A stretch of 62,482 nt of DNA, filler included. It is 13 parts of 13 records of this genome, joined end to end, with 100 filler letters (N's around TTAATTAATTAA, not from the genome) between each part and the next. Parts side by side here need not be neighbours in the genome. Positions count along the whole stretch, not along the records: positions 35,296 to 39,516 come from SRR7504441_4020; positions 39,617 to 44,534 come from SRR7504441_4022; positions 44,635 to 50,094 come from SRR7504441_4026; 10 more parts are not named here. One strand, given 5' to 3'. The translations under genes and the position numbers were made by a program. Below, in pieces: positions 35,668-48,718 of this stretch. Numbering within the stretch: the first letter of the stretch is position 1; each line of letters begins with the position of its first letter. The notes beneath the pieces were generated by a model. The model was given only the letters and a program-made list of their open reading frames with translations. It was not told the origin of the DNA and searched no databases.

Positions 35668-38600
35668 TTATTGACCGAGGATACTGTACTCTCGGGGAGC
35701 TGCCCAAAGCTGCTGCTACTTGCAACACTCACCCACTTGGATACAACGGAGCGCACTGGTACACGTACTTGAACTTTGCGGTCTTCTCTCCAAACCACGA
35801 ACCTGGCTTCCACCATGTGCTCTGGTCATTTCCACCGCCGCAACCAACAGGTCTGAATGCAGTCAAGACCATGTTTTTGCCTTCGCACTGCACGTCGTAA
35901 CTGCTGAGAGACCTAACAACACCAAATCAGGGCGATCCGAGCCGGCGATTCACTCAAGTTTCTTGCGTGCGAACTTGTCGCATTCAGTCTCTTGATCCTC
36001 AGCAGGTCCGATATTCAAGCCAGATATGCACTGATACTCGAACCGCCTGTCGCTGCTCGAGCCGGGGCACTGCGAGTTCGCCTTGTCCAAGAGGCGAAAT
36101 CCACCGAGGACTTCTCCATCAAGACACTTGATCAAGTGTCGATCCAGGTAATGGAGCTCTTCGCCGCTGATCAGGTTGCAACCAGTCTTTCGCCAGGTAC
36201 TAACCGGGCCTTCAGTCGGGGCGCCCTTCTTGTCTGCTTGGAACCCTGCATGCCCTGCATTGAGGCATGTGAACTGATATTGATAGTCATCGCTAGTGCA
36301 AGATTCCGCAGTGAACTTGAACTGACTGAGCACTTTGGTGGCGGGGAGTGGACAGAATGTTTCTGCCCTGGCCCAATCTAGGCCCGCTCCGGACTCCTTG
36401 GGCTTGCCACTGATATCCAGCATCTTCTTGTTGTCCTTACTGCAGTAAATAGAGTTGTGGTCAGTGTACTTTGGGCCACTCGGACTGTACTTGGAACAGT
36501 CCTTGGTTGTCTCACAACTGGCTCCGCCCCTGAGGCAGCCTTTGTTGCCTTGGCCATAGCAATACGCTAGATTACCCTCAAATCCAATACAGATGCCAGC
36601 AGTGTCCACGGGTCGCCATTTCCTGCCATCTACGCTGTACAGAACAGAATATCCTGTGACCCACTCATCCTTGTCCTTCCGGCCCTGAGTCACCACACCA
36701 GTGACTGTCTGGTTACTATCAAGATCAATCTGCATCCACTCCCCAATCTTATCATTCTTTTTGGGAGACCAAGCCTGCTTCGAGTCCAGCATCGACCGCG
36801 CATGCTTAGTTCCAATCGCATTGTCGTCCCAGATTGTAGAGTAGGTGCGCTTCTTCTCGGCAGGATTCTCAGTTGTGCCCTTTGCAGCCTCAGGCTGCTT
36901 CTGGACCGTGACACCTGCACGCATCGAGATCCCGCGGCGCCTGCTGCTGCCGCCCCCTTTCCTCCAGGTCTGGACAGTAATCCGGATATAGCGTGCCTGC
37001 ACAGGTTTTGAGAACTGACGCGTCACCTTAGTGTTCTGGTCGCTATTGCCCTTGAACTCTTTGGCCGCTGTATTGGCCACCTCACACTTGATGGGCCCAT
37101 GATTGCACTGCACATTTTGCCTGTCGAGGTATTGCAGCTTTTTATCCTTAGCCAGTTGGCAGCCCGAGGCCCTTTTTTCGGGGTCGAGCGTGTCAGCGCT
37201 AGACACGCCCTCGCATTTCGATGCTCCTCTTTTTGAATACTTCCCCTGCCGAACAAATCGATGCTAGCGTGGATCTACAAAGTTATCAGATACCTTTGGA
37301 CACTTTTTGCACTGGGTCGCACCATCCTTGTCCGAGTACTTGTTCTGCTCGCAGAGTGTGCACTGGGTCATTTGAACATCAGTGCCTTCGCGTGGGAAGC
37401 ACATCTGATTGGGATTCTTGGCGCGCCGATTCTCAGTTGTGGCTTGCTCGAGCTTGTTCTGCTTGCGCTCAGCTCTGCTCTCGAGCGCTGTTATTGGATA
37501 CTTCGGACAGACAAACCCTGCGCACACAGTGAGCAATGAATCTTAGAGATCGTACCGTCTCTGGGGCAGGCGTTGGTCATCAAGGAGTTGTCTGAAGCAC
37601 ATTGCCGCCGGCCAACACAGTCGGAGGAGACGTTGTACCAGGATCCATCAGCGTCACACATATTGAAGTACACCGAATCGGCTCCGCACCAGCAATTCCA
37701 TTTCTCCTTCGCATTTTCACCGCAGGCGCCTCCTTTCATCGAGCACAGTGGACTGCACTCACCATTGGCACCAGACTGACTATACCAGGTCTTGTCTTTG
37801 TCGCACAGCTTGTTGACGTACTTGACTGCGCAGCCACACTTTGAGTTGATGTTTTTGTCGCCTTTGCAGGGTCTTTCAATCGTGCAACTTGGATCGCCGC
37901 AATTATACATTCCGCCATCGTCGGGGCACGTCTCTTTGCCAAAGATGACAGAAGAGAAGACCTCACTGTCACTTGCTGAATAAACAGAACAGCCGGACAC
38001 CTCGCCATTCTTGCACTGCTTTGGCATGAATGGAGAACGTGCAACGCACTTGCCAGCATCATCCTTCGCAACCCCAATTTTGAGTGAAGAGTTCGGCTTG
38101 GTCCGACTGGTGCATTTGCATGTGCAGTCGGGCACGGCCTGCTGCGCTTCTGTCTGTGTAGATAAGGTCTGCACCGCATATGTACCAGGATTGCATTTGG
38201 CTCTCTTCGTGCAGACGCCTTTCTCCCTATTCCACTCATATCCCGGCAGACAATCGACCTTGTACTCTTTATCGATGAAGTGTTCCATCCATTTGCCCAG
38301 CTCAGGCTTCTCCAACACGTAGGTGACGAGCGCCGCAATAGACTGCAAGCGATATTCGATCGCCGCAGGCTTTTGATCGCATGACTGACACCATAGCGTC
38401 TCGTCTTTTTGCGGAACCCCACCATAATAAAATTCCTTGCGGTCTTTGTTCTCGTTCGAGTTGCTTTTTGTGGTTGTTTTGCTTTCTTCAGACTCTTTCT
38501 TCTTTGATCCCGACCCCGACACGCTCTGCAAGAGCTGCCTGCCCCGTGCCAACCCAGGCATAGTCGCGATCCTGCGACTGCGCCGCTGGTCTTCTCCCTG

Positions 38601-39516
38601 GGCTTCCTGGTTTTCAGGCCCCTGAACTTCTTCTGCATCCTGGACTTTTTCTGCCGGGGCGTCCTGGGATTTCTGCTTGTTGAGGGCCTCGTTTATCTGC
38701 TCTTGATAGTGTTTCTTCATATTCTTCTTGTTGTAGGGCATTCCAGTGGCCTGGGCGAACTCCAATTTGCTCTGAAGATTCTCCTTCATGTTCTGCATTT
38801 GTTCTTGCTTTGGCAGCATGGAGACTTCCATTTCAGCGCCGAAGTTACTCGAGTGTGCTTCTTTCTTCTTGGACTCTGTCTTGTACTCTTCGGATGTAAA
38901 AGAATCTGTAATCGTCATCTTGCAACCTGCGCCAGGCCTCATCGGCTCGGGGTCCACAAAGCCAAAGTACCGAGTATCCCTGAGAACATGAAGTCGGTGC
39001 CAAAGGTGGTGATGAAATATCGCAGCTTTTGATCGAACACCGCTTCCGCGCAACTTTTGTAATTCCGACCTGCAGCACTACTCACGGCCACGCGTGCGTG
39101 CTTAATTTAAGAACCATAGCCCGTGCATAGTGTATCCAGATGCTCACGGTTTTGCATCAAGGAAGGGTCTTTTTTAAAATTGAACCAGTCATTCAACTCT
39201 TTGACTCTGCTCGCAAAGGCTGTGCTGACGGATCTTGGATCGACAACGTAGAATTGATAGACTTTAGCAACCACCTAAGAGCAAGTACTGATTGCAAGCA
39301 ACCTCGCGACTTACCGTCTGCAACCTGAGCACTGATTTGCCCGTCTTGGACTCGCTTTGGTATGTCTGCGCAACAGGTCAGCCAGTCAACTCGAATGCGC
39401 CGGGGCTGCACCTCATATGTATCAGACCAACCCCCGTTCACTTTAGGCGAAAGGCTCAGGGGTATCCCGACCTCCTGCATCCAGCGTCAAGCGTGCTGCA
39501 CAGTGCACTCCCAGCC
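35668..39516 (-). CDS. MACPF (perforin-like) protein with Cys-rich repeats and F5/8 type C (discoidin) domain; 5' truncated, multi-exon
   Basis: Spliced LRYFITTFGTDFMFSGILGCK (MACPF signature variant) and YYGGVP...WCQSCDQKPAAIEYRLQSI; discoidin motifs WMQIDL, VTGVVTQGR, WVTGYSVLYSVDG, ARYIRI. The 3' end coordinate is approximate. Confidence 0.75.
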
Positions 39517-39616
39517 NNNNNNNNNNNNNNNNNNNNNNNNNNNNNNNNNNNNNNNNNNNNTTAATTAATTAANNNNNNNNNNNNNNNNNNNNNNNNNNNN
39601 NNNNNNNNNNNNNNNN

Positions 39617-40885
39617 GAGGAAGAGGAGGAGGAAGAGGAGGAGGAGCAAGAGGCGGATATGGATCTGGAGGTGCGGTGTGATGCAGCGGCAGCTTCAGGG
39701 CTTGAATGTGCAGGACAAAGACGATGAGGAACAAGAGGCCGAGGAGGAGGTGGACGACGAAGAGGCTAAGGCTAGGAAGCAGGTGGCCAGCTGACTCTGG
39801 CCGACAGCTGAGCACGCCGGGCACAGGCGGAGGCCGAGGCTAAGGAGGCCAAGAATGCTGAAAAGATTGCCAAGCGAGAGGCAGCGAAGCAGCTGAGACA
39901 GGAGAAGGCCGCCGAGAAGAAGGCCAAGCAAGAGGCTAAGGAGGCCAAGGCGGCCGAGAAGGAGGCCAAGGCTGCGCAGAAGGAGAAGGAGAAGGCCGAG
40001 AAGGCGGCCGAGAAGGAGGCCAAGGCTGCTGCCAAGCAGGCAGAGAAGGAAGAGAAGGAGCGGAAGAATCCAAAGAAGCCTAAGTGCCGTGGCTGACTAG
40101 CAGCGCTGACCCTGTGATGCAGGAGTGCATTTGCCATGTATGTTATTGACTTCAAGCCAACATTCGTGGTCAGTTACCAGCACGCACGCTTGGCTAAGTC
40201 TTGGCCCAGGAAGCTAATCCGGAAGCCGACAAGTCGGCCAAAGCAGTGGCCGAGGCAGCCAAGGCTGCGTGGGATCAGATGGACGATGAGGCAAAGGCAG
40301 TGTACGAGCAGCAGCACGAAGAGGCCAACAAAGCCTACCTGGAGCGGTGCACCGAACTTGGGATCGAAGTCAAGGCAGCACCCGTGGCATCAAATCAGGG
40401 TTGACCTGGCTGTTTGCAGGAGAAGACAGTCAAGCCCAAGCAGCCTAAAGTGCCCTCTGCCTTGGAGTTGTATGCTGCGAAAAATGAGGAGAAGATCAAG
40501 AAGCGTCACCCAACTGAGACAGACACGCCCGAGAAGCTAGAGGCCAAGCTGCAGGCAGGTCGAACAACTCTAGCTGATTCTAACGGATGCTTGCAGTGGT
40601 ATTGGAAAAATGCATCCAAGGCTGAGAGGACGCTGTTTCAAGACCAGTAAGCGTAAGCCCTGCAATTGGCTGAGAACTTGGTGCAGGAACCGCCAATTGA
40701 AGAAGGCAGCAGATCAGGCAAAGGAGGCAGGAGAGACAGAGCAGCCAGTGAAGCAGACGGATGGTGCAGAGCCTGCAGCAGAGGCGGTGGCAAAGGAACC
40801 GGAAGCCAAGGAGGAGGTAGAGGCCCCCCAGGAATCCGAGGCCCCCCAGGAATCCGAACAAGTAGCAGAGGCGGACAAAGAGTAG
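39617..40885 (+). CDS. HMG-box protein (two boxes, acidic and Lys/Ala/Glu-rich regions), 5' truncated
   Basis: PKKP..AFAMY, AAWDQMDDEAKAVYE, PKQPKVPSALELY, WKNASKAER. Confidence 0.8.
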
Positions 40886-41259
40886 ATCGATGTTGTCGCG
40901 AAGCGTCTCCAGAAGCGTACGCTAAGTGCTCAAGCAATCTTGAGAGTCGTAGTTAGTTGAACTGAGTTAGAACTGAGTCATTTATTGACGTGTAAAAAAA
41001 TACCTAGTAAGACAAAGGTTTAATTCTGAGATGGGAGAAGACAAGATTCTTATACAAGGTTCTCATGAGGTTCTGGGGAGTACATGTACTGATAGTCCAG
41101 ACAAAAGCAAAATCCATCTGGCACCAACTTTTGTTCAAAACCTCAGACTGCCTTGTCAGCCTACATGTGAGCCTGCGTCAACCTCCGTATGTGTCATGCT
41201 ACAACCTTGGAACCTAAGTTACTGTATTTGATTTTAAATGCCTTTATTACAATGTATAG

Positions 41260-44200
41260 TCAAGTAGCATCTGCCCTTTGTGCGAGCCTTGGGGAGACGC
41301 GTGGAGTGGCGTCTCGGGAATGCGCGTTGCCTTTGGAACAACATGTTCTAAAACACCCAAGAATCCATTGTATTGCCGGGTTGAGAGAGCAGCAATTACC
41401 GGTTGGTCCGACTGCAATCATTAAGGACAAGAAAAACACGAGTGCCCATAACAAGCTACTTGCTACGACAACACAGATCATCACAGACATTTTGATGAAA
41501 AAGGTCATCTGACAACCTTGGAGGATGATTCCAGATGCCATTGTGGTCCCAGCCCCCGAGAGAATGGTCATGCCCATTACCCTATTTGCTTCCTCAGACT
41601 TTTCTTTGCTGGTTTCCGCTTGACTGAATGCATAAATGTGTCCTAAATGCACCGTGTAATCAACCGAAAACCCAACACTCATCACGGCAGCAATAGTCTC
41701 AACCACGCCGAGTTTGTATCCCATCACCGCTGACACAAAGCTGAGCAGTGTGGCTACAATCCCGACAATCGTCGTGATGGCGTATGCAGAGAGCAGGACG
41801 TTGCGGGTTGCGAGCAGCAACACGCCAAGCGCACATGGGAAGGCTACAAGGATGCCAATGTAGAACCCATCGACCAAAGCCTCCGAACTAGCCTCCCAGG
41901 CCTCAGGGTATCCTCCGCTGTAGAAGATGGGCAGGGTGGTGCTGTATGCCGTGGTGGTCAGCTGATTGACCATTTGATTACATATCTCCCACACCCCATC
42001 GTAATTTGCGTGATCCCACATTGCTAGAGTGCTTGTGAACTTGATCATAAAGAAGCCGACCTTGCCGTTGACCTTCCCAACAAGACTCGAATACTCACTA
42101 TATTCCTGCAACCCTGACCACGTATCAAAATATGTATCAAAACTAGAACCAGTGGGATAGCCATTGCTGTCGCCGCTTGTGGTTCGATAATATGATAGAA
42201 ACGACTCGATCCAGCACACAGTTGAACTGGGAGTGGCAAGCAATGCAGAGTTGCGACAACCGCTGGCTGAGCAAGGGTAGCTCCTCACTGTAGCGCATGC
42301 TTGCTCTACGCTCTGCTGAGCAGCTTGAGATGACATATCGAAGTCGCTGCTGAACGTGACACGCCCGCGGTTGTCTCCTGGTTTGTAATAGTTGACACCA
42401 TCTCGGTCAATCCCTGTGATGCCGAAACCAATGTGAAATGTGACATAGCTGGCTGAGGTGCCAGTTAAATAATCGGAGTAGATCCTCTCTGTGATGCCAT
42501 TGAACATATGGCCCGGACGGTACCAGCTCTCCTGACCATCTGGTGCTTTCATGGATATAGCCTCGATCAAGCAGGGTGGAAGCAGAGCAATGAACAACGC
42601 AATGATGAGCCACGCTACCACACTGTAATCGCGCCACTGCCACGATAAGAAGGGGAAATGCCACTGTGTGAAATACCCGATTAATATCCGCCGGAAGCAG
42701 AGCTGATTAGGATCAAATTCGTCCTCTGCCACGTCACTTTGGAGATTTACTGCTTCGTTCTCTAAGTCAGCTTTAGAGTCAGCCGCTTCATCAGCTTTAC
42801 AGCTGGTTTGATGATGACTGAGAGTGTCCAACTTCACTTCTGTGTTGGTGGCATGCTGACCCGTGGCGGTTGCACCCACAGTTACCATTAGAGCGTTTGG
42901 GTGCGTGGACTCCTCCGCCGGCTGACTGCGGCAGCACGAGCAGCAGCATGGAGGGCAGCAGCAGGGTTTGTTTAGGAAGTACTTGAACTGCACGATCGCC
43001 GCCCCTGGTGTGACAAATACAGCAAATATGTAGTTGAAGAAGACACATAGCACAGCAAAGATCCCGAAAGTGGATATGGGAATCAGTGGAGAGAGGGTGG
43101 TCCTGCAGTTCAGCACTCAAAGGCGGCCCTTGGCAGGCAAGTACCCGACAAACGCCATACTGGTAGTGAAGGACGTAGAGAGGATAGAAGAGGCTGTGCG
43201 GCTGATAGCAAAATGCATTCTCACGGCGTTGAGATCCTCCTCAGTGTCCTCTGGTCCCATACAGCTACGCGGCCATTTATTCACGGCCTCGGCCCAGCCA
43301 TCAAAGAAGACAAAGACGTCGTCAGCTCCAATTCCTAGGATCACAAAGATCACGAGGATCTGCAGCGTGTCAAAGAACTCGACCTGAAGCACCCAGCGGT
43401 ACACTAGATATGATACTGGAATCGAGAGCAGGATCTGCATGATGCTAATTGCGGCATAGAACCAGCTGCCAGTGTGTAGTGTGATGTACAGGTAGGCAAA
43501 CACAACACAGAGCGGGATGAGCAGGGTGTCCGACGAAACCACGCGTTTCATCTCGAGTGATCCGAGCTCGACCGAATAGAAGTCGACTTCGATCTCACCA
43601 GTGTTTGGCCTATCCATGTACGCCGATCGCATGAAGCTGTCAGACATGGACAGCCACTCCCACAGGCTGGTCTCTACAGCCTCCCATATGCCTTTGTACT
43701 CTGTTCGCTGCTTGTCTTCCCCCGAATTATACTCAATTGAATACGGCTCTCCAACTGCTAAGCTCGTCTGGGACCGCTTGGACACGCCACGGCTCAGTGC
43801 ATCTTCTGACAGGAACAGACCGACCTGATTCGCTGTGCTCGCGTCCGCAGCCTTTGAGAAGAGGCCAGCTGTTGCTGTGTCCACCTCGGCTTGAGACAGG
43901 AGCGTACACTGGCGATATATATGCCGGACCCCGTCCCACTCAAAGCTGCTGTTGGAGTAGAACCAGCCAGCGAGTGAGAATTGCTGATCTCGGCAACAAT
44001 AGCCCGTCCAGGTCGCCTGGTCGCACACGAGTGAACTGTCCTCGTAGATTGGGCAGTACCGGCCCCAGTTCTCCGTCTGGAATATGACGTTCTCCAGCTG
44101 ACAGACGCGCTGCACATTGGTCGGAGTGAAGAAGTTGTCGGATTTGCTATCCTCGTCCCAGTTGAGAAGGAAACTGACCGCCATGCTGGTCCATTCCTTC

Positions 44201-44481
44201 GTCTTCGGGGTGGCCTGGGTGACAGACTGGAGCGAGATCTCCACCATGTCGTACCGCTCGACTCGTTCGTCGTCAAAAATAAGCCAGCCCTCATTTTGGT
44301 CTTTATTCATCTCGATCGTCATCCCCCCGATGATCCCCAGCAACAAGACAAGCCCCCCGCTGCAGGCCAGGTAGCGCCGCGAGTGGCAAACCATCAGCCG
44401 GGCCATCCAGAGCACCGGGCCTCCAGACCGTGCTTGCAGCTCGGCCGCCAGTGGCACCCTCTCATCTGCCAGCTCAGCCAC
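41260..44481 (-). CDS. Dispatched/Patched-family RND membrane protein (one mini-intron near 43103-43143)
   Basis: FVILGIGADDVFV, TSFTTSMAF, SVGFSVDYTVH, TILSGAGTT; two TM clusters with large luminal loops. Confidence 0.88.
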
Positions 44482-44634
44482 CCAGCACTCTCCCTGCCCC
44501 GAGAGCGGCTGTACACCAATAGACTGCTGCGGCTNNNNNNNNNNNNNNNNNNNNNNNNNNNNNNNNNNNNNNNNNNNNTTAATTAATTAANNNNNNNNNN
44601 NNNNNNNNNNNNNNNNNNNNNNNNNNNNNNNNNN

Positions 44635-45636
44635 ACTGGCCTCCGCACGGGTCGGCACCGCATTCTCAATCATGCTCTCAAGCATCTGGGTGGCTGTGAT
44701 CGTGAGCAGCCCGCGGGCCCCGCCGGCCGCCAGCAGCGCTTTCTGGGCGAACGGCACCCGCTCCGGACCTAGCTCGACGCCGAGGTCGCCTCTGGCCACC
44801 ATGAGTGCTCCTGACAGCTCTAGAATCCCTGCGAGGTTATCTAGCGCCTGCGGCTTCTCGATCTTCGGGCAGATCTTGGGCCGTGCCGCCGCCGGTATCT
44901 GCATGCGGTCCATCAGATCCACGAGCGCCTGCAGATCCTCCTTGCGCTGCACAAAAGACAGCGCTAGGTACTCGACCGGTGGATCCAGTCTGAGCAGGAA
45001 CGTAGCGTCCTCGATATCTTTTGCTGTGAGCGCCGAGCAGTCTACCTGGAGGTCGGGCACATTGACCCCCTGCCGCGACCGGAGCGGCCCCCCGACCAGC
45101 ACCTCCATCTCCAGTTCGTCCTCGGAGACCCGGCCACGGACCTGCAGCCGGCGCTTTCCGTCTTCTATCATTACCACCATCCCCGGCGCCAGCCCGCGGA
45201 CGAGCGCGACTTGCTCGGGGGTCCGACTCAGCGTGATCCGGTCCGCGGTGGTCAGGTCCTGGTCGAACTCCTGCAGGGCGAGGCTGACCAGCTCGCCTTT
45301 GGCCAGCCTGCATTCCCCTTCGTGCTCCACTTGACTGATCCGGAACTTGGGCCCCTGCAAGTCGCCGAGCACGGCCACTGACCGGCCCAGCCGGGCCGCC
45401 TGTGCCCGTATCCGGGGGTAGACTTTCTCGAACACGCCGGGCCGCCGGTGGGAGCAGTTGAGGCGGAAGATGTCCACCCCGGCCTCAATCATCTTGGGTA
45501 GGGTCTGGTCGCTCCACGAGGCCGGGCCCAGGGTGGCCACGATCAGCGTGCGACGGGGGCCGGGCTCGACCGGCGCGGCCGCCTGGGCGCACAGCTCGAC
45601 CGGCCCGTTTTTTTCCCGAGGGCGCTTGTGCGACAT
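44635..45636 (-). CDS. Pyruvate kinase, 5' part
   Basis: IVATLGPAS, FRLNCSH, DLQGPKFR, KIEKPQA, MVARGDLGVE, ATQMLESM, PTRAEA. Confidence 0.95.
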
Positions 45637-45949
45637 TCGCGCCTTCCGAAGATTCCGTTAACTTATGAGCCGGTACCGGAGCATCGACGTATAGCCGTCC
45701 AGTACCAGACCTGTACGTACTGTAGGAATTCATATATCCTACTAATACGAATCCTACATGTATAGACTGCGGCTAATCAACAGAGTATTACGAGTATAAT
45801 CAATCCCATGCGCATGCCTGCAGCTTCGATTCGTTGTGTTTATGTTGAAACATGTTGAAATCGGAATCAAGCGGTCTTAGGCAGTTCGGCTGAGTTGGAA
45901 CATCAAACCTACCAGTAAAGCAGCTGAAGGTTTGCCTTATGCTTTTGAT

Positions 45950-47735
45950 TTAGAAATTCCCGTCATGCAATAGCCAGCGCTTGAAGAACTCCAACGCACG
46001 CTCTGGCTGATATTGAGGAACCATATGGCCACTGTCCTTGATAGTGACAAACGTCAAGTTGTGCGAGTGTGCCGCATATGTTGTGACATACCCTGCCGGT
46101 ACTTGTCCCATCAGCCATGGATGCCACGGATCGAGGATTGGATAGCCCTGCTGGGCTGCAAGCACCCGCACCCACTCCTCGTTCGAATTGTACGGCACAC
46201 ACGCGTCCTGTTGCACACAACAGCTTAATAAATTGCATGCGACCATAGGCGCACTGACCACGTCGCCGTTGTAAATCGTGACCCGGAGATGCTGTAGAAT
46301 ATTCGGATACAGGTCAAAGCTGGAGCCAGTGTAGGTACTGTAAGCCATCCCTGGGCCGGCTTGAGTCGACCAAGGTCGGCCATAGAACGACTCCGGCTTC
46401 ATGTTGAGCGCAGCCCGCACCTGCATGCTGTTGGCCCAGGCCACAGCGGCAGCTCCGGTCCCGCAGGCATATGACTCGCCGCCGCTTACTCTTGGCCCAG
46501 AAGGAGTAAATGTGCGGCGGATGGGCGGGGAGAGAGTAGGGTTTGGCTGAGAGCCGGATGCCATGTGCTGAGCCCACGACATCATCTGGTTACCCAGCCC
46601 ACAATTGTCATAATAATTGTAGATCTGTAGCGCAATTCGTCAGAAAAAAAGCGCCTTCAGCAACTAGGCAAGCCCAAGGGGCTGCTTACATTGAAAGGGC
46701 CAGTCTCAGCGTCAACCTTTGCCAGTTCGGCTGTGCAGTTGGGACTGAACGTGGAGCAGTCCTCACTCCAGGTAGGAGCCTTGCACGGGAACCCGCAGCT
46801 CGCCCTCACACGAGCACTCAGCTCGGTGTCAATCCCGCCATGGCCGCTGATCAGTTCAAACACATGCTGAGTGTCGTAGTCGCCATATGGCCCATTGCAC
46901 GCACCGGGCTTGGCCGGACTTGCGCCTGATGTGCCCGGACAGCCATTGCCGATGGCCAGAGCCTTGAGCTGCCTGGCAGGCACCGAGGTCGGATTGCTAA
47001 TCAGCCGGTCGACCAGAAACGGCAACAGCAGCCCTGCGTAGCTTTCACCGATCATGTACAGATCTCGCGCGTTGTACTCTGGCCAGCTCCTATAGAACTG
47101 CACCAGCGAGGCTTCAAACGCCTCGGCCTGGCTCTGATCGTTCCAAGTGCAAGCGATCGGACGATCGTGCTCGTCAGCGCAGTAAGAGAAGCCGGTACCG
47201 GGCGGGTGTTCGAGGATGAGTACGTTAGCCACTGCAACCCAGAGCAATCAGCGCAGGACAGCACAGGCGGCACCCTGGTCGAAGCTGTCGTTGTTGTGGA
47301 ACACTTTGGGGACTCCGGATTGGTTCTGCTCAAGTGATCGGCCGTTCACGGTATAAGGGCCTGCAGCCGATAGATTAGGCCGATAGTAGGAGTGAGTCGG
47401 GACCGAGCTCAGCGAGCCAGCCGAATGCCATCCCCGACGACCCCGGCCCGCCCTGCTGCCAGAGCACCAGCGGGGCCTGATCGGGCTCGTGCCGGCTCTC
47501 AGTGAGAATCTGCACATTAAGCGCATTATCGGCCGCCAGCTGGGGCCTTTACGTAGTGCGTGTAGAAGGTCTGGTTGCCGGCCGAGGCCTTTACATAGCC
47601 GCTGAAAAGCCGGGAGCTGAGCTGATCGAGCCCTGGCAGCTCGGCAACCAGGTCGGATTGGACCATCGCTGAGCAAGACAGACTGGCGGATGCAAGCAGC
47701 AGCAGCTGAAGCTGCAGCGGCACTCCTGTACTCAT
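45950..47735 (-). CDS. Serine carboxypeptidase (family S10), secreted, multi-exon
   Basis: Signal peptide, LPGL, GGPGSS, EHPPGTGFSY, GESYAG, AIGNG, IYNGD, TIKDSGHMVP. Confidence 0.93.
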
Positions 47736-47830
47736 GGCGACTCGAATCACGGGCCGTTATCAAAGCCGTTGGAAGCCTCAGTAGGCGGCTCCACAATAAT
47801 ACACATGGTGAGACTGATGGGGTACATGTG

Positions 47831-48393
47831 ATGCCGCTGTCTGTGACCCCCAACAAGGGGTGGTGGGCGCGCAAGGAGCGCGGATTCTTGCTCGACTCCG
47901 TGGCGGTCGGCTGGGCCGGGATCCCGCCTTACAACCCCCAGGCGCCTGGCAGCCCCGGGGGCGGATCCAGCCGGCGGTTCAGTTCGACCGAGCCGCCCAG
48001 TCTTACTTTAGCAAGTCGGTCAAGCAACTAATGCGGCGCACCAAACAGGCCCCCGGTCTGTCCCAGCCCCGGCTCAGCCTCGGCTCGGCAGGACCTGGGC
48101 GGGACGTCACAGCTAGGCTGGCTGTATGACCGACGGTACGCCTCCACCCCTGGCGCCAAATACATCCGCGAGCGGTCGCGCCAGTACAAAGGTGCCTTAT
48201 CACAGTCATTCCGTCCGGCAGCGCCTCGAGTGCAGGCGGGTACCAGAAGTCAGTTGTAGCGGGGCACATGTCGGGATCCCCTGCGATGCGCACGCCGACT
48301 CCGGCCATGTTGAGGTGCCATCGGCCCGCTTTCGAGTACCAGCGTGTGCTCTTGTACAGGCAAAGCTTCATGGATACACTGCCCAAGAGCTAG
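47831..48393 (+). CDS. SPMAP1/C17orf98 (DUF4542)-like axonemal protein, 4 mini-introns (2 GC-AG)
   Basis: Spliced product ERGFLLDSVAV...IPPYNPQ|FDRAAQSYF...RRTKQ|DLGGTSQLGW...TPAMLRQS resembles recalled C17orf98 motifs (GFILDGVAV, IPPYNAQ, ARSYF, DHGGT...GW). Confidence 0.72.
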
Positions 48394-48718
48394 CTCGACC
48401 TCTTAGCTGCCAACGCGGAGCTGGCGCGCGCAACGTGAGCTCACCGCGTTGCATGCCTCGAGCCATTATTACTGTACGAGTCAGTATCAAAGCTACCGAT
48501 ACCGAACTGCTAGTAAATTGCTAGGTCGTGACTGTTTTGGAGCCACATGCGAGAGCTCTCATGCTCTGAAGTATTCAATGAATGCTGTGGTACTCCGTAC
48601 ATTTACGTACATTTCAAGTACAATCTAGGACAAAGACTTAGTACGAGTAAGCTCACTAAGTTGAATGTAATTCATGTAATTATCGTACGAGTACTGGTAT
48701 CATGCATCGATGTCCTTG

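Noticed and set aside
40820-40857. 18-nt tandem duplication (EAPQES x2)
   Set aside because: Ordinary low-complexity coding repeat.
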